A DNA stretch of 56,943 bases from Prorocentrum cordatum (taxonomy: Eukaryota), in contig CAUYUJ010000052.1 in assembly GCA_963575745.1 (NCBI GenBank), positions 62,001-118,943 on the forward strand, given 5' to 3'. The notes below the pieces were generated by a model. That model did not search any database, was not told where the DNA came from, and saw only the letters and a list, made by a program, of their open reading frames with translations. The position numbers were made by a program, and so were the translations under genes. Positions within the stretch are counted from its first letter, which is position 1, and each line of letters opens with the position of its first letter. Of the stretch, positions 1 to 12,219 are shown piece by piece.

Positions 1-300
1 GAAGCTCTCTCCTCCCTTGAGGGCCCTATCTTCGACCCACCGAATCTGTTGAGCAAAGGCTGGCCGTCCAGGTATCCCAACATGTCTACTATGAAAAACG
101 TATTTGTAGATCCACAGAACGCCCACATGACAGAAACAACGTTCATAAACAGGACACCCTAAAACAGAACTGCTTCGACCAGAGATGTCATTGAAGCACG
201 TGCGACAGGACAGATGAGGTGTTCAACACGTTTTCTGTTGGGGCGTGGGAAGGCCCAAACGCTTTGTCAATGCTCCGAGAGGGAACTCCAGAGGAGTATC

Positions 301-467
301 TGACTACCTACCAGACCACCCCAACCCAACCCGAAGACCCGAATTTCGGGTTGGGGGGGGTACGGGTTCCACATGTGTTTTTTCGATGTTTCCCGCCCCC
401 CCCCCACTGGAAATCGAGGGAAAATCTGACCCTTCGGGTTGGGTTGGGGTGGTTTGGTGGGTGGTGA
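301..467. mobile_element. MITE family A, copy 1 (~167 bp, long TIRs)
   Basis: Left end ACTACCTACCAGACCACCCCAACCCAACCCGAAG is a near reverse complement of the right end CTTCGGGTTGGGTTGGGGTGGTTTGGTGGGTGGT. GTATC flanks both sides. A second copy lies at 38361-38529. Confidence 0.85.
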
Positions 468-578
468 GTATCGGCTGAAGGGGGGAAGCAATGACCTGGA
501 ATCGGCGATGCATGGCCGAGACATCGGCGAGAGGCCCCCGACAACCAAACTGCATGGCCCTGGACGTGGTGGGTTTTC

Positions 579-745
579 CTAGGGCTCCCAAGTTCGCGCT
601 TCGCGCTGCGCGAAGCGCGAATAACTTCGCGCTCTCGCGCCGCCCTCCCAAAGGGAGAATAGGAGGACGAGGAGGAGGGGGGAGAAGGAACGAGGACCGC
701 GAAGCGCGAAGCGCGAATGACTTCGCGCCCTCGAGGGAGCCCTTG
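579..745. mobile_element. MITE family B, copy 1 (CTAGGGCTCCC...GGGAGCCCTTG)
   Basis: 11-bp imperfect TIR, internal CTTCGCG/CGCGAAG inverted repeats, GTTTTC target duplication (573-578 and 746-751). Four near-identical copies in the window. Confidence 0.9.
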
Positions 746-859
746 GTTTTCGGGACTGTATCGACGAGGAGGAATCGATTGGGGGCCGATGCGTCACCCC
801 CTGAGCCTGTCCCCCCCCCCCAAACGTTGCGCCCTGGCTTTCGGGCCACAAACCATGGA

Positions 860-1010
860 GGGCCCCAGGACACACCAACAAATATACACACAAAAATAAT
901 AAGATTCCCCATAGTTTCCTACATTTTCTAGGTTTTTGTCTTCCCCCCCATTTCCCATATTTTCCCATATTTTCCTTGTGTGTGTGTGTGTGTTTTCCCC
1001 CTCCTGAAAA
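860..1010 (+). repeat. Dispersed AT-rich repeat family C (GGACACAC..AAATA..TTTTGTCTTCCC..TTTCCCATATTTTCCC)
   Basis: Similar copies at ~33680-33830, ~54570-54730 and ~56560-56695. Boundaries approximate. Confidence 0.75.
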
Positions 1011-1193
1011 CTGCTCCCGGGCGGGCGGCCGTTCGGGACGATCCAGTTAACCCTGGGGCGCTCTCAGCGAGGCGCAGCCGCCCAAGGCCCCCCGGACGAT
1101 GGAAAGCAGACGAGATCCGACGAGACCATCAAGAAACCTGGAACCTGGAAACCGTTCGCCCACTCCTGAACCGAATCCCCCCTGACGTTGCCC

Positions 1194-1397
1194 CTGAGTC
1201 GGGAGCGGCAAAGAGGGGGGTGTCGAAGAGGGGGGTGTGCAAATCATGACTGGCGGCATGTGCGCGGCCCAGCGGGCGGGCCGGGGACGTAAGGAAATAA
1301 GAAGAGGCGCCACGAAATCTGGGGAAATATCATGGCCCCCGCCATGATATCCACCCCCCCCTAGTCATCACCCCCCTCTTTTCCGCTCCCGACTGAG
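1194..1397. mobile_element. MITE-like element with ~45-bp TIRs
   Basis: CTGAGTCGGGAGCGGCAAAGAGGGGGGTG at the left end matches the reverse complement of CACCCCCCTCTTTTCCGCTCCCGACTGAG at the right end. Confidence 0.7.
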
Positions 1398-1521
1398 AGC
1401 CCCCCCCCGGCCGATCCTCGAAAAACGCGGACGACCTCGCCCCGGCCCCGGGAGACGCGAGCGCCGCCAGCGGGGTCCTGGCCCGGGCGGGGGGGGGGCG
1501 CTGCCGGGGCGGTCGGCGGAT

Positions 1522-1530
1522 TCGTCGTCG

Positions 1531-1620
<90 letters not shown>

Positions 1621-1641
1621 CGTCGTCGTCGGCGTCGTCGT
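1522..1641. repeat. (GTCGCC)n/(GTC)n microsatellite
   Basis: Seen directly. Confidence 0.95.
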
Positions 1642-2656
1642 AGCGCTCCGGAACGCTTTGCGCATTGCTTTTTCATAAAAGATGTTAAAGGAGGTGTTTC
1701 CCTTTGAGCGGAACCTTTCGGGCTTCACTAAGGGAATTCCCGCTGCAGCGTTGGTTACATCGGATCGGTGGTTTGTTTCCGTCGTTCAAACGAGCGCTGA
1801 CCCCCCGAAATCGACGCGGGATCGGACCGGGCCATGGCAAGCGCATCCAAAATTGAGCAAGCTCTCCGTTCCGACCGCGCGCGCCCCCAGTGACCTTGCC
1901 AGGCTCTTTGCGACAATCGCGGTGTTCGTAAAACGACGTTGCTGTGAGTGCGAGTTTGGGAAAAGCTTCACTCGTGCAGCTAGCAGCGGGAACTTCAATT
2001 TTATCGTCACCTCTCCTTGCGGCCTTCCTACGACCGATGAAAGACTGGAAAATATCACCAGCCAGCCAAGCAAATACCTCAGCCAGCCAGCCAGCCAGCC
2101 AGGCCAACCTCTTCATGGACATGCACATCAATACCCACATTCACATGGCGATCTTCATTTCTCTTATCCTGCTTGTTTTGAACATGCTCCAGGACTGGGA
2201 TCAAACACTTTGCCTTCCGTGGCCCCGCATTTCCATCCCAGGTTTCCGTGCGTGGATTTCAAAGCAGGCCAGGACGCGCAGCCAGAACATGCTGCAAACG
2301 AACGGTGCGACGAAGCGGTCTTCACCAATTGTGCAAACATTTACTCAGGCGCCGCAGAGTGCACGAACTGATATACCACGCCACAGCATCAACAACAGAT
2401 CTCTACTCTTCCCCGCTATCTTCAAATTCGACGTCACCAGCTTCTCCTCCATCATGTTCTTCATTTGCATCCCCGGGCTGTCTGCACGCATCTCAGACCA
2501 GAGAAATCAGAGGCTGCAGATTCACAAAACAATTCTATGGGCGCGTTGCACCATCGACCAGAACATGCCTCCTGGGGTCGACCTAAGATGTCTGCAAGCC
2601 TCACAACCTTCGGCGCCTGGGACTTGAAATGATCAGGGTCTCCGGGCGAATGCGTT

Positions 2657-3607
2657 GTGAAAATGGACGAACGGTTGGTCATGATATCAGGACGGGAACT
2701 GGGCATATCATGCATCCAGGAAGCCCATCTTGATGATGCCGAATGCTACCCACGAAAAGGTTCTGCTATGTTCTGTAATGAACGAAAGATTATATGCAGA
2801 AGCGAGATTCATAGTATCATCTCGCATTCGTTCGGCTGTTGTTGCGTTCAAAGCGCACGACGATCGCATAGCCACACTTCGTTTGAACATGGATACTGGG
2901 ATGCTTACTGTCTTGTCCGTCTACACGCCACACAACGGAGCCGCCTTTCATCATACATGCATTTAAGCGCAGCTTGTAAGACCGCATTCGCCACCATATT
3001 CGCCACCACGAACAGCAATGTGAACCGATGGACGAACGAGGACTGAGACCCTGGGTCTAATCTGGTAATGAGTGCGACCACTCAAATGAAAAGCACTGGC
3101 ACCACCGTGACCTTGCCGTTCACCCAATGGCGACCATCGCCTGTGCAACATCCGCGCAACTAGATCACCTCCTCTGCTACCGAAACTGCCGTTCTACGTT
3201 TCCTGACTCCTGGACGTACTGGGAGAGGCCAATCAATGGCCAACATGTTCACACGATTGCTGAATCGCCGCTTCAATTCACAGTGGACGGCAGCGAAAAA
3301 AAGCATTGAGCAAACCACCATTGAAGCGCACGGGTGCCAGACGTGAGTTGACGGATGCGTTTGAATGCGACGGCGTTCAAATTGGATGCTTAGGCGGCTG
3401 ATCTTGAACAGGCTTTCCAGGCAGCGGCGTCGTCTTTACCCTGAAAATATTAATACTTTGCCCCTAGACGTCCCTCGACAAGTTCACGCACACCTGACCT
3501 CATTGGAAAACGCAAGACATAAGACTACACAAGAGATCACCAAAACGAGAATCTGCCAAAGAAACCGATTCGGCAATCAGGCAAACCAGACCGCAACAGT
3601 GGTTTGA
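2657..3607 (+). pseudogene. Decayed LINE apurinic-type endonuclease (APE) fragment
   Basis: Motifs appear in APE order across frames: SCIQEAHL (QE motif), RIATLRL..LTVLSVYTPHN (YxP motif), QLDHLLC (D-H/Y motif). Many frameshifts and stops. Confidence 0.65.
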
Positions 3608-4127
3608 CGATGTTGTGGGCAATGGCGAATGGCATGCTGTGAAATCCGCTGGGACAGCGCGTGAATTTCAAAGAACCTATGCTACAGACTACAGCCTGAG
3701 TTTCAGCTCCGCTGGGAGGGGGGGCGGGGGGGCTCTGCCAGGGAATGGGAGCGGGCCAGCTCCGCTGATGCTCAGTTTTCATGGCGGAGCTGGGAGACGT
3801 CAAAGTCCGCCAAATTCTCACCCTGGGAGCAGAGAGCCCAAAATGGCCGCCAGATATTACTCAGACGGCTCAAGATGCGCCCAAGTTGGCCCAGGATGCC
3901 ACCCAAGAAAGGCCCGAAGAGGCCCAGACCATTGATTTTTCTTTACGCTTTTGAAAGATTTGCGCGCTTCATTCTTTTCGGCCTTCCGACGGCTGCAGTG
4001 GCCCCCAAGATCGCGAAGCGCCCCCAGAGCGCTCCCAGAGGGCACAGCGAGACGCCCAAGACGGCTTCCGACGGCGCCCGACCGGTACTTACTTGCTGCT
4101 CAGAAACTCTTTCTGGTGATCAATGCT

Positions 4128-4331
4128 CGGGGAGACGTAAGACCCGGGTACGGGGGACTCGGAAATCCCCGACGAGGTCGTCAAAAAAATGACGAGGCCG
4201 AGCCTGCATTTTGACGAGGCCTCCCGCTGCAGACATCCCACGAAACTCCTCCTCGTCAAAATCCGAGGCGCGGTCGTCAAAAAACGATGGCGAACCCGAG
4301 TCCTGGCAAACCCGGGTCTTACGCTCCCCCG
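4128..4331. mobile_element. MITE family D, copy 1
   Basis: TIR CGGGGAGACGTAAGACCCGGG / CCCGGGTCTTACGCTCCCCCG. Near-identical copy at ~42368-42564 with a shortened right TIR. Confidence 0.8.
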
Positions 4332-6109
4332 AAATGCAAAAGTCGGTTCGAACATCAAAAGTCTTGGGCCAGACTGGAGACCTGCCAGACCAAGACAGCG
4401 CCCGCAGCGCACCGGAACTGCCGCCGCGTGCGGGCCGGGTGGGCCCGCCCGCCCCGCCAAGGGGAAGGCGCTCCGTGGGTCTGGAGAGCCCCCCCCCGCG
4501 CGCGAGCGGCCACAGCGCCCACCGTGGTCCACAATGGTCCCGACACGAAAGTGGCGATGTTTCAGGCGAAGTGCTCCTCAGAACACTTCTCAGGCGGCGC
4601 GAGGGCTTCTGAGACGCCCCGCCGCCTTCTGGCAAGGCCTTCTACTCCTTCTTTCCCCCCCCCTGGCTTGCCGCCTCGCCGCCGACCTTTCCGGAAAAGG
4701 AGGAGGAGAAGGAGGAGGAGCAGGAGGGGAGTATGAGGAGGAGGAGGAGGAGGAGGAGGAGGAGGAGGGGGAGGAGGAGCCCAGGGACGACTTTTCACCC
4801 CCAGTCGTTTTGGTTGACGGGCGGCTCCCAGCGAGGGCCCCCAGAGGCCAACGACGGTGTCCCGTGCGAAATGGCGCCTGAAACGATAGACCGAACGAAA
4901 CCCGACGCTGCAGCCTAACGCTTAAAACGGCATTGGTGCCAAACGAGACGAGCAGCAGAACGAGGCGGTTGAAACAACGACGAATGATGAACCGATGTAG
5001 ACAGGAAACACAAAACGCACAACACAACAAAGGCTTACACATAACTAAACGGCGTTGTGGTCGGTCTTTGGGTCCCGACAGGCCCCCATAATCCCAAAGA
5101 TGGTTCGCAAGATGGTGCAATGTAGCCCATGATGGCTAAACACATGGCATCGAACACAAGCTTCAAGAACGCCCAGAGACAGCCACAACACGGTTCCACG
5201 TCGCCCAGGACCCTCAACATGATGCCTCTTGGAGGTCGGGATCTTCCAAAAACCGCAGGTGCTGCATTGACTCGTTGACGTCGGCCTTCGGCCTTCTAGC
5301 CTTGCCGCTCACGATGAACGACCGAGGTCGCAAGGTGACCGCAAAGCCCAAGCCGCCCAAGGGAAACCCCGGAGGGAGCCCGAAGAACGAACCCCAGGAC
5401 GGCCCCCAAGCGACACGCGGTCAGCCTTTTGGACCTCGCTCCCCCCTTCTCGCCGTGCGTCGCCGTCGGGCGGGGGGGGGAGCCCCTCTCCCCCCCCGAC
5501 AAGGCCAGGGAGGGCGCGGGGCCCTTGGCCGCTGCGCCGCGAGCGCCCCCCCCCCACCCGAGGGAGCTCCTGGCGGCCTCTGCCCAGGCAGGCGCGCCGC
5601 TGGCGGCGGCCTGGTGGCGGGGGCCGGGAGAGCGTGGAGGCAACGCCTGGGGGGCCTTCGGTGGAACCCCGACTGGAGGGCCGCTTCACCGGATCAGGCC
5701 GGCTTGAGCCCGCGACCGAGCCAGATGACCCCAGATGAACCAGAATAAGCCGGATTGGCCCCGACGAAGCCGGTCATCGACCGCAGCGCCGATGCAGAAT
5801 CAAACCTCCCAGGGAGGGGTCAGGCCGAGCCGATGATGCAGGTCGGGTCGGGCGGTAAGGCTGCAGGCTCCGCACAAACGGCACCCCCCGGGCAGGCCCG
5901 GCCGGCCTCGACAGGCCCCCAGAGTGGTTCGGGGCGGTCTCAACACCCTGGCGCCGCCTCCACCGGCGCACCTTGGGGCGCTCCGCGCCTGGGGGCTCGG
6001 GGGCCCGTCGCAGAACATGCAAAACATCGGATGTCTGGGATCGGATCGGCCGCGCCAGAATGCACAACGGCGCCGCGCAAGCAGCAGGCCGCATCGGCCC
6101 GTCAGAACT

Positions 6110-6646
6110 ATCAGAATCCCTGTGGAGACCTAAAGAGATCCCCAATCGGGTCCTTTAGGATCCCATATAGAGGCCTTATAGAGAACCCGATAGGTTCACT
6201 CGGATCCCTATAAAGACCCCATGGAGATCTCTATAGGGCTAGGATCCCTATAGAGACCCTATAGAGACCGTTAGAGGGCCCCTTTCGAAACCCTATAGAG
6301 ATCCGATCGAGATCCCTATGGGGCCCCCTCAAGAGCCCAGTGGAGATCCTTTCTAGAGATCCCGAATATTTCCCTATAGGACCCCTTTTAGGACCCTGTA
6401 GAGGCCCTATAGAAATCCCCACAGGGTTCCTTTAGGAAGCCTGCCGGGATCCTATGGCGATCCCTATAGGGTCCCTCTGGGAACCCTAGAGAGACCCGAT
6501 AGATATCCCTAAAGGATTACTGTTGAATCCCTATCGAAACCCTGTAGAAATCCCTAGAACAAATCCGTTCGGGCCCCTATGGAAACCCTGTGGAGATCCG
6601 TATCGGGTCCTTTAGGATCCCCACAGAGACCCTATAGAGATCCCTG
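6110..6646. repeat. Degenerate GATCCCTATAGAGACCC-type satellite (left flank of the large transposon)
   Basis: Recurring CCCTATAG/GGATCC/GAGACCC units. The same satellite resumes at 20901. Confidence 0.85.
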
Positions 6647-7163
6647 CCTGAAAGGAACGCTTCGGTTAGTAATAGTTAGCTGGAGTTATAACTAGTTAGT
6701 AACTCGTTATAACTAGTCCCCGTCTTGGAGTTTTTGGAGTGACATGTTCGTTTTGCTGGCTCATATTTGAGTTTTTTTTTGGGGGGGGGAACGTGCATTT
6801 TGTTTTTTTGGAGATTGCATGTTGTGTTCTTGTCATATCGATGTGTTTTTTTTTTTTTTTGTAAAATATGCGCTAATAGAACAATTTACGGTATTCCACT
6901 GGCCAAATGCACGCGATATGATCGCCAACTCTCCTGTAAACCACTGGAGATTTCAACGAACTGAAGGGGGTGAGAACGGGGTCGCGGGCATCATCGATGA
7001 CATGCCTAGTAAAGTGTTCGCTCGCATGCGCGTGCTTTGTAATCAGAATCTGAACTAAGCTCTGCGGCGGATCGCCGTCGCATGTCACGTGGAACCACAC
7101 TTGGACTGCAACGTGGCCACGATCGCGACCCATCAGAACTATGTCACCACGTTTGCTTTTCCC

Positions 7164-8990
7164 TCAATGTTCGGTGTGCGCTTCAATGGTCGAGGCTGCT
7201 GCATGCGTGCCTGGCCGCGGCCGCTGCAAAGCACTCAACAAACGTTTGCTTACAGCTGTGGCGCACTCGAACTCGCACTCCAGTGACAAGCCGCGGATGT
7301 TCTGTAGATCATGCATGTGCTGAGCAGTGAGCTGGATCATTACAGCCTTCTCGGGCCTCGTCTTGCACAGGTGGTCCTTTGCAAATCCTTTGACATGTTT
7401 GCGTTTCCGCTCTTGGACATAACATGATAAAGCACCATCCCTCTCGAACATATCAGCCAAGTGGACAGCCATATGATGCTTAAACACCGAATACTTGGCA
7501 CCATATGCACGCTGGTGAAGCTCCAAATGTTTCAACACTGCTGACTCAATCTCGTCGCGCGTGCATGGCAATCGCCTCGACGCGCAGAGAATAACTTCCA
7601 CGGCGTCACATAACGCCAGCATGCTTGCTATCTGGTCTGCGACTGCATCGCATGATGGTGAACTGGCAATTGCTTGCCTGATGTACAGAGCCAGCGCGGG
7701 AATCGCAGATAGCTCTTGCGAGGCACTCGCCTGGAAGTCTCCCGTTTGCCAGACTGTTGCAGCAGAGTGGTGTTTGGATGGCCACGTCCACTTCGCGATG
7801 TAATCGTGGAGGTCGCCGTTGCTGCACAAGTTCTTGACATCTTTGTGCTCTAGGAGGGCCCTGACTTTCCGATCAAACATGCCACTGACGACATATACGT
7901 GCATCCAGCCGAAGCAGAAGAATGTCATCACCAAGTATCTAAGAAACGGGTCCAGTGCGACATGCTTTGGATGGAAATTCCAACCTTTCACCTGCGTCAC
8001 AGATGTGTACTGCGCGTCTGTGATCTCGTCTCGCTGGTACCTCTCCCAATCAGGGCGCAACCTCTCCAAGACCGCGACGACTGTCGCATCGGTGTTGTAT
8101 ACGAGTTTGCTTTTGTCTAGGCAGGTATCATCAACGTATGTCCCCGAACTGTCGAATTGCGTGTAGCCGAATTTCTTGTTAAGGACGTTCCTGCAAATTG
8201 CGCAGGGCTTAGAGCCAGCGTGCCCCTTGTTCATATGAAGCTCACTCAATGCCTCCTCGTCTCTTATAACACACGCCAATCTCGCAACGATCGTTGCGTA
8301 TGTTGTTGCGTCACCCAGCGCAGATACATCCAGCGTAACCCCCGTTGCCAAAGTTAACGCCACCCGATCTATTTTTTTTTTTTAAAAAAAAAAGCTCGCC
8401 GAGCATCATGCGGATAGATTGCCCGATGCCCCCAGGCATATCTTTCACCTTGGCAACGCGCGCGGTGCTGAGGGTGAACCATAGATCTTCGTTTTGCAAA
8501 TGTTCGTCAAAATCGGCAAAAGACCAGTACACAGCATCCATACCACGGTAGTCTTTGCCTTTCGCGAGAGGATCGCGTGGCGATATATCATCAAAATAAA
8601 GACTTAGGGTCCAAGGCACAACTAAAGAACATGGGTGCTTTTGCAATTGTTGGCGCATCAATGACCTGAACTGCCCGCTTTTCTTGCATATGGCGTACAA
8701 GAACGCCCCTGGGTTACACACCCAATTCTCAAATGTGGCCATCGTTATCGTCGCCAACAGGCAGCTGCACGCCATTCAATATAAGGCCATATGTGTTACG
8801 ATCATTGACCACATGTTTCTCGTATGCCCTATATTGGGACCCCCGCGAGACAGCGTCTGGCAACCCATTGTCACGAACGTATGTGAGCACGTGAGACAAT
8901 GCTGCCTGGGAAACACACGGGCCGCGGTGGACCCCAACTAATGCCTCGGAATGTGTTCGGGACCGCTTCGGCCGCGGACCCGACGCCGTA
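7164..8990 (-). pseudogene. CACTA/EnSpm-like DDE transposase, frameshifted
   Basis: Three joined ORFs (8729-9127, 8311-8775, 7164-8363). Motifs LSLYFDDISPRDPL..AVYWSF (D1), VIRDEEAL..KGHAGSKPCAIC (D2 plus CxxC), FGWMH (decayed DxMH), KHHMAVHL, SCYVQERK (E). The probable start is mutated to ACG at 8990. One frameshift lies at a T/A homopolymer near 8372-8393. Confidence 0.8.
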
Positions 8991-8992
8991 CC

Positions 8993-9010
8993 AGCCAAAA
9001 TGCTTACGGA
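8993..9010 (-). promoter_or_regulatory. SL-like sequence upstream of the transposase
   Basis: TCCGTAAGCATTTTGGCT vs DCCGTAGCCATTTTGGCT (16/18). Confidence 0.75.
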
Positions 9011-9145
9011 CTGATGCGATATGCGATGACCGCAACGCAATCGACACGAGCGAGACAGGGTGCGACGATCGCACCGTATTTGTTTTACACCACAGATGCA
9101 CAAGCGAATCCATCGCTGCAACAACAAACAATGAGATGTGCTGGC

Positions 9146-10633
9146 CTACGACCGATCGTCGATGAACGCCAAGGCAGCGGACCACGCCTCAGCGCGCGAG
9201 CGCACGCCAGGGCCCCACTTGATCCTCTTGTCGCTCCGCCCCACTACGGGGCGATATACCTGCTTGTCGTTCTGGGTCAGGGCGTAGCCAGCCCTGTAGT
9301 GGAGGCCCCCCGCCTTCGCAGGCGGCGGCAGCACCTTCGGCTTCGCGACGTGGCTTGAAGGCCTCTTCGCGACGACCTTGCCCGTGCTATTGCCCGTGCT
9401 CTTGCTGCCCTTGCCGTGTCCCTTGCATGTGTTATGGCCTTTGTGCTTGTGTTTGATGCCCTTGCCCTTGCCCGTGCTCTTCGGCTGCTCTGCATCCTCT
9501 GATGCATCTGCTTCGGCGGCATCGGCGACCGCGTCACCAGCCGCGGCGGGGCGCTCGCGCGCGGCCGTCGCCGCGGCCGCGGCCTTCGCCTTGGTGGCGA
9601 GCAGCTTGCGCAGGGCGGCCTCCTCGTCGCTCAGGTTGGCATCGGGCTGTTCGTCATCAACGGTTGGCTCGGCCGCCGCCGACTTGCCGAGCGTTGGCTC
9701 CTCACGGGGCGGAAGCTTCGCCTTTGGTGGCTCCAGAGGGCAGCCCCCTGAAGATGCCCCTGTGTGCACCCCTGTAGACGCTCCTGCAGACCCAGCTGCA
9801 TGTCCTCCATGGAGTGCCACATTGGCGAAGGGAGCCGCGGCCAACTGCCCCCCGAACATGTTCTGGCGCATATGCATCTGCCCACCAACCGTCATATCTG
9901 GCATCGCGGCCTTGGCGTGGGGGGGGGGGGCGCGACGGGCTCAACGGTGGTAGTCTTCATGATCTTGCTGGAAGACCCTCGCACGAACTCGGGCTCGTCG
10001 GCACCCGTGTCCTCCATGTATGGGCCTTCGGCGTTGTCATGCGCCTCTCCCCACCATGCCTCGCTATGCATCTGGTCGATGGTGCCGTAATCCCAGATCG
10101 TCCTGCACCCGCGTTTGGCCCGCGCTTTCGCAGCGACAGCTGCGCCCAACTTCTTCTTCACATCCTTCAATAGTTTCATCCACGCACCTGCATTGTCACA
10201 TTTCCCAACGGCATGTGCCACCACAGCCGCCACTCGCGCCTTACTTTTTTTCCAGATAACGCACGCATGCCAATTAGCGCTGCACGGTTGACCGCAATGT
10301 TTACACGCGCCTTCTCTGATAAATCCCACCTTCAACTTAGCGAGCTCAGTCGCTGTGAGGCATTTAGAGAAGATGGTTACCTCCTGCCACTTCTTAGAAC
10401 CGCTGGTGTATCCCAACAAGCCAGTCTTGTTACCAACGGCCGACAAAGCTGGGCAAGCTCTCGCGAGCTCCAATGGTCCAGTGCTCAAGTTTCCCAGATT
10501 GTCAACTTTGAGGAGCAACTGGTCAAATTGACCCTTGGCCACTGCGGCGGGATCCAACGCACAGCTTATCTGAGTTTGCACCCATTCGTGCATAAGGTTT
10601 AGCTCAGCGAAAAGGTTTGGCACGGACGTCATT
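9146..10633 (-). pseudogene. Cargo gene: unknown protein with Ala/Lys-rich linker and C-terminal AP2-like beta-beta-beta-alpha segment
   Basis: ORFs 9892-10929 (from MTSVPNLFAEL) and 9146-9904 join through a slip in the G-run at ~9919-9930. The C-terminus is LHYRAGYALTQNDKQVYRPVVGRSDKRIKWG..RAEAWSAALAFIDD. SL-like motif at 10704-10721. Confidence 0.6.
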
Positions 10634-11015
10634 GCGAAGTAAACGCAAGTAGATGGCGCGACAGATCGCGACGTGGCAAGTGGATATCGAACGTCAGACT
10701 CGCGGGCCAAATGGGATACGGATAAGATGCCGACTGCAACATCACATGCAAGTGCAGGGCGGCCCGACCGCGGTGGGGGGTGCATTGGGGGGGGGCAACA
10801 ATGGTGCAGCCCCCCGCGCCGTCGCCAATCACCCTCATCCGCACATCCCCTCCCCTGATTCGCTGTCGTCGTTGCCACTCTGCGGCCAGACCGCAAACCA
10901 CAAGCGGGATCGTATGCAATCATGTGCATGATGTTAATGCAACAGATGCAAGATAGTTCGACACACGTCGCACGGCTTTACAGCTTGCATTTCTAGTGCG
11001 CGATCCGACTCGGGA

Positions 11016-11403
11016 TCAGGCCACGCCCATGGACTCCGCATGCTCAAGCCATGCGACTGCGACGCTGTGCGACTCGATCGCAGCCCCACGGTCCAGAATT
11101 GAGTTCATCCACTCATCCTTCGCCTTGAGGAACGCGGCGTAGTCGACATCTGCCTGTTGAGGCCGCTGGGGGTCAGGGTGGGGGATGGCCGTTGTCATGG
11201 GGCGGGGAACTTAATTAGCAATACGTTATTAACCGCATGCATGCCTTCTTGGTCAGTGTTTTCACACGGGAGCGAGTCGACGCCACATCCTTGTTCGCAG
11301 CCTTGACAATCTCTTTCTTCTGGCGGGCCCGCTCCTCACGCTCCCCCCTAAGCTCATGACGACCCTGTGCCTCCATCGCCTTCTGCTTGGTGAACTTCAC
11401 CAT
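11016..11403 (-). CDS. Cargo: small basic helical protein(s), possibly two exons or two ORFs
   Basis: Protein-like ORFs 11215-11403 (MVKFTKQKAMEAQ..) and 11016-11198 (..VDYAAFLKAKDEWMNSILD). SL-like motif about 60 bp upstream. No in-frame splice was confirmed. Confidence 0.45.
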
Positions 11404-11462
11404 TGCAGCCGGAACAGTTTACGTGCAAGGGCCTGCGCGCGCACACACGCACACGCGCACAC

Positions 11463-11483
11463 CTTGGGCCAAAATGCTTACGA
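11463..11483 (-). promoter_or_regulatory. SL-like sequence
   Basis: TCGTAAGCATTTTGGCCCAAG vs CCGTAGCCATTTTGGCTCAAG (17/21), followed by GT. Confidence 0.75.
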
Positions 11484-11657
11484 AAGGCTCGATTGCCGCC
11501 GTAGCGCCGCCCTATAGACCCCACTGGCGTGCAGACCCACATGTGCATGACGTTGCATTGTTGCACGCAGCGCCACAAGCGATACGATGAATGCGTTTGC
11601 ACGCATGGGCGACCCTAGTAGCTACCCCGCTACCCTGTAGCTAACCCCGCAAAGCTG

Positions 11658-11878
11658 CTAGAGCGCACTACGCGACGCCGAGGGCCTTGCGGCCCCGTGC
11701 CCGCGTGAGGCCACCCACTGCAACGAGGCGACCAGCTGCGCGAATGTGCACATTCCTCCACACCTCTGCCCCCCGCAAAACCATGCGGAACACCTCCTCG
11801 GCGGCCTCCGCCTGTTTCATGGCTCGCTCCAGCTTCTTGAACGCCGCATCTACCGTTCGGGGAGGGGAGGATATGGCG
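11658..11878 (-). pseudogene. Cargo: small helical ORF lacking ATG (..RTVDAAFKKLERAMKQAEAAEEVFRMVLRG..)
   Basis: Reading frame translated by eye, with coiled-coil-like composition, on the same strand as its neighbours. Confidence 0.35.
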
Positions 11879-12060
11879 TGAACACGACCCTACCAACCCA
11901 CACCTGGAAACATTCAAACCCTGTAACACACGAAGCGATTGGGGTGTCGAATCGAACCACAGCAACGCAATACAATGATTCGTACACGTGTGTATCAACA
12001 CGCGTATACATGCAACGCAATGCAAGTCAGTATAGTAGCCAACACTACGAAACATAAAGA

Positions 12061-12219
12061 CTACATAACGAGCTCAACCTTATTGTCGTTATTCTTCGCC
12101 TGTGATTTAGTGTATTTCACGTGCCTGACGGTGGCCGTGCGCGCGGCGTTGGAGCCCGCCCTGTCCCCGCGACGGCGCTGGGCCCGCAATGCCTTGAGTT
12201 GGGCGGACATCGCAGGCAT
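12061..12219 (-). CDS. Cargo: small Arg-rich ORF (MPAMSAQLKALRAQRRRG..)
   Basis: Within ORF 12061-12276. SL-like CCGTAGCCGTTGTGG (13/15) at 12273-12287 lies just upstream. Confidence 0.35.
   Translation of the reverse strand: MPAMSAQLKALRAQRRRGDRAGSNAARTATVRHVKYTKSQAKNNDNKVELVM

Noticed and set aside
1944..2627. 227-aa ORF with a hydrophobic segment
   Set aside because: No recognisable family, no SL and no splice support. It may be LINE 5' sequence.
11463..11483. Functional SL RNA gene (SL followed by GT)
   Set aside because: Four mismatches to the SL, and its position directly upstream of an ORF fits a relict or mimic better.
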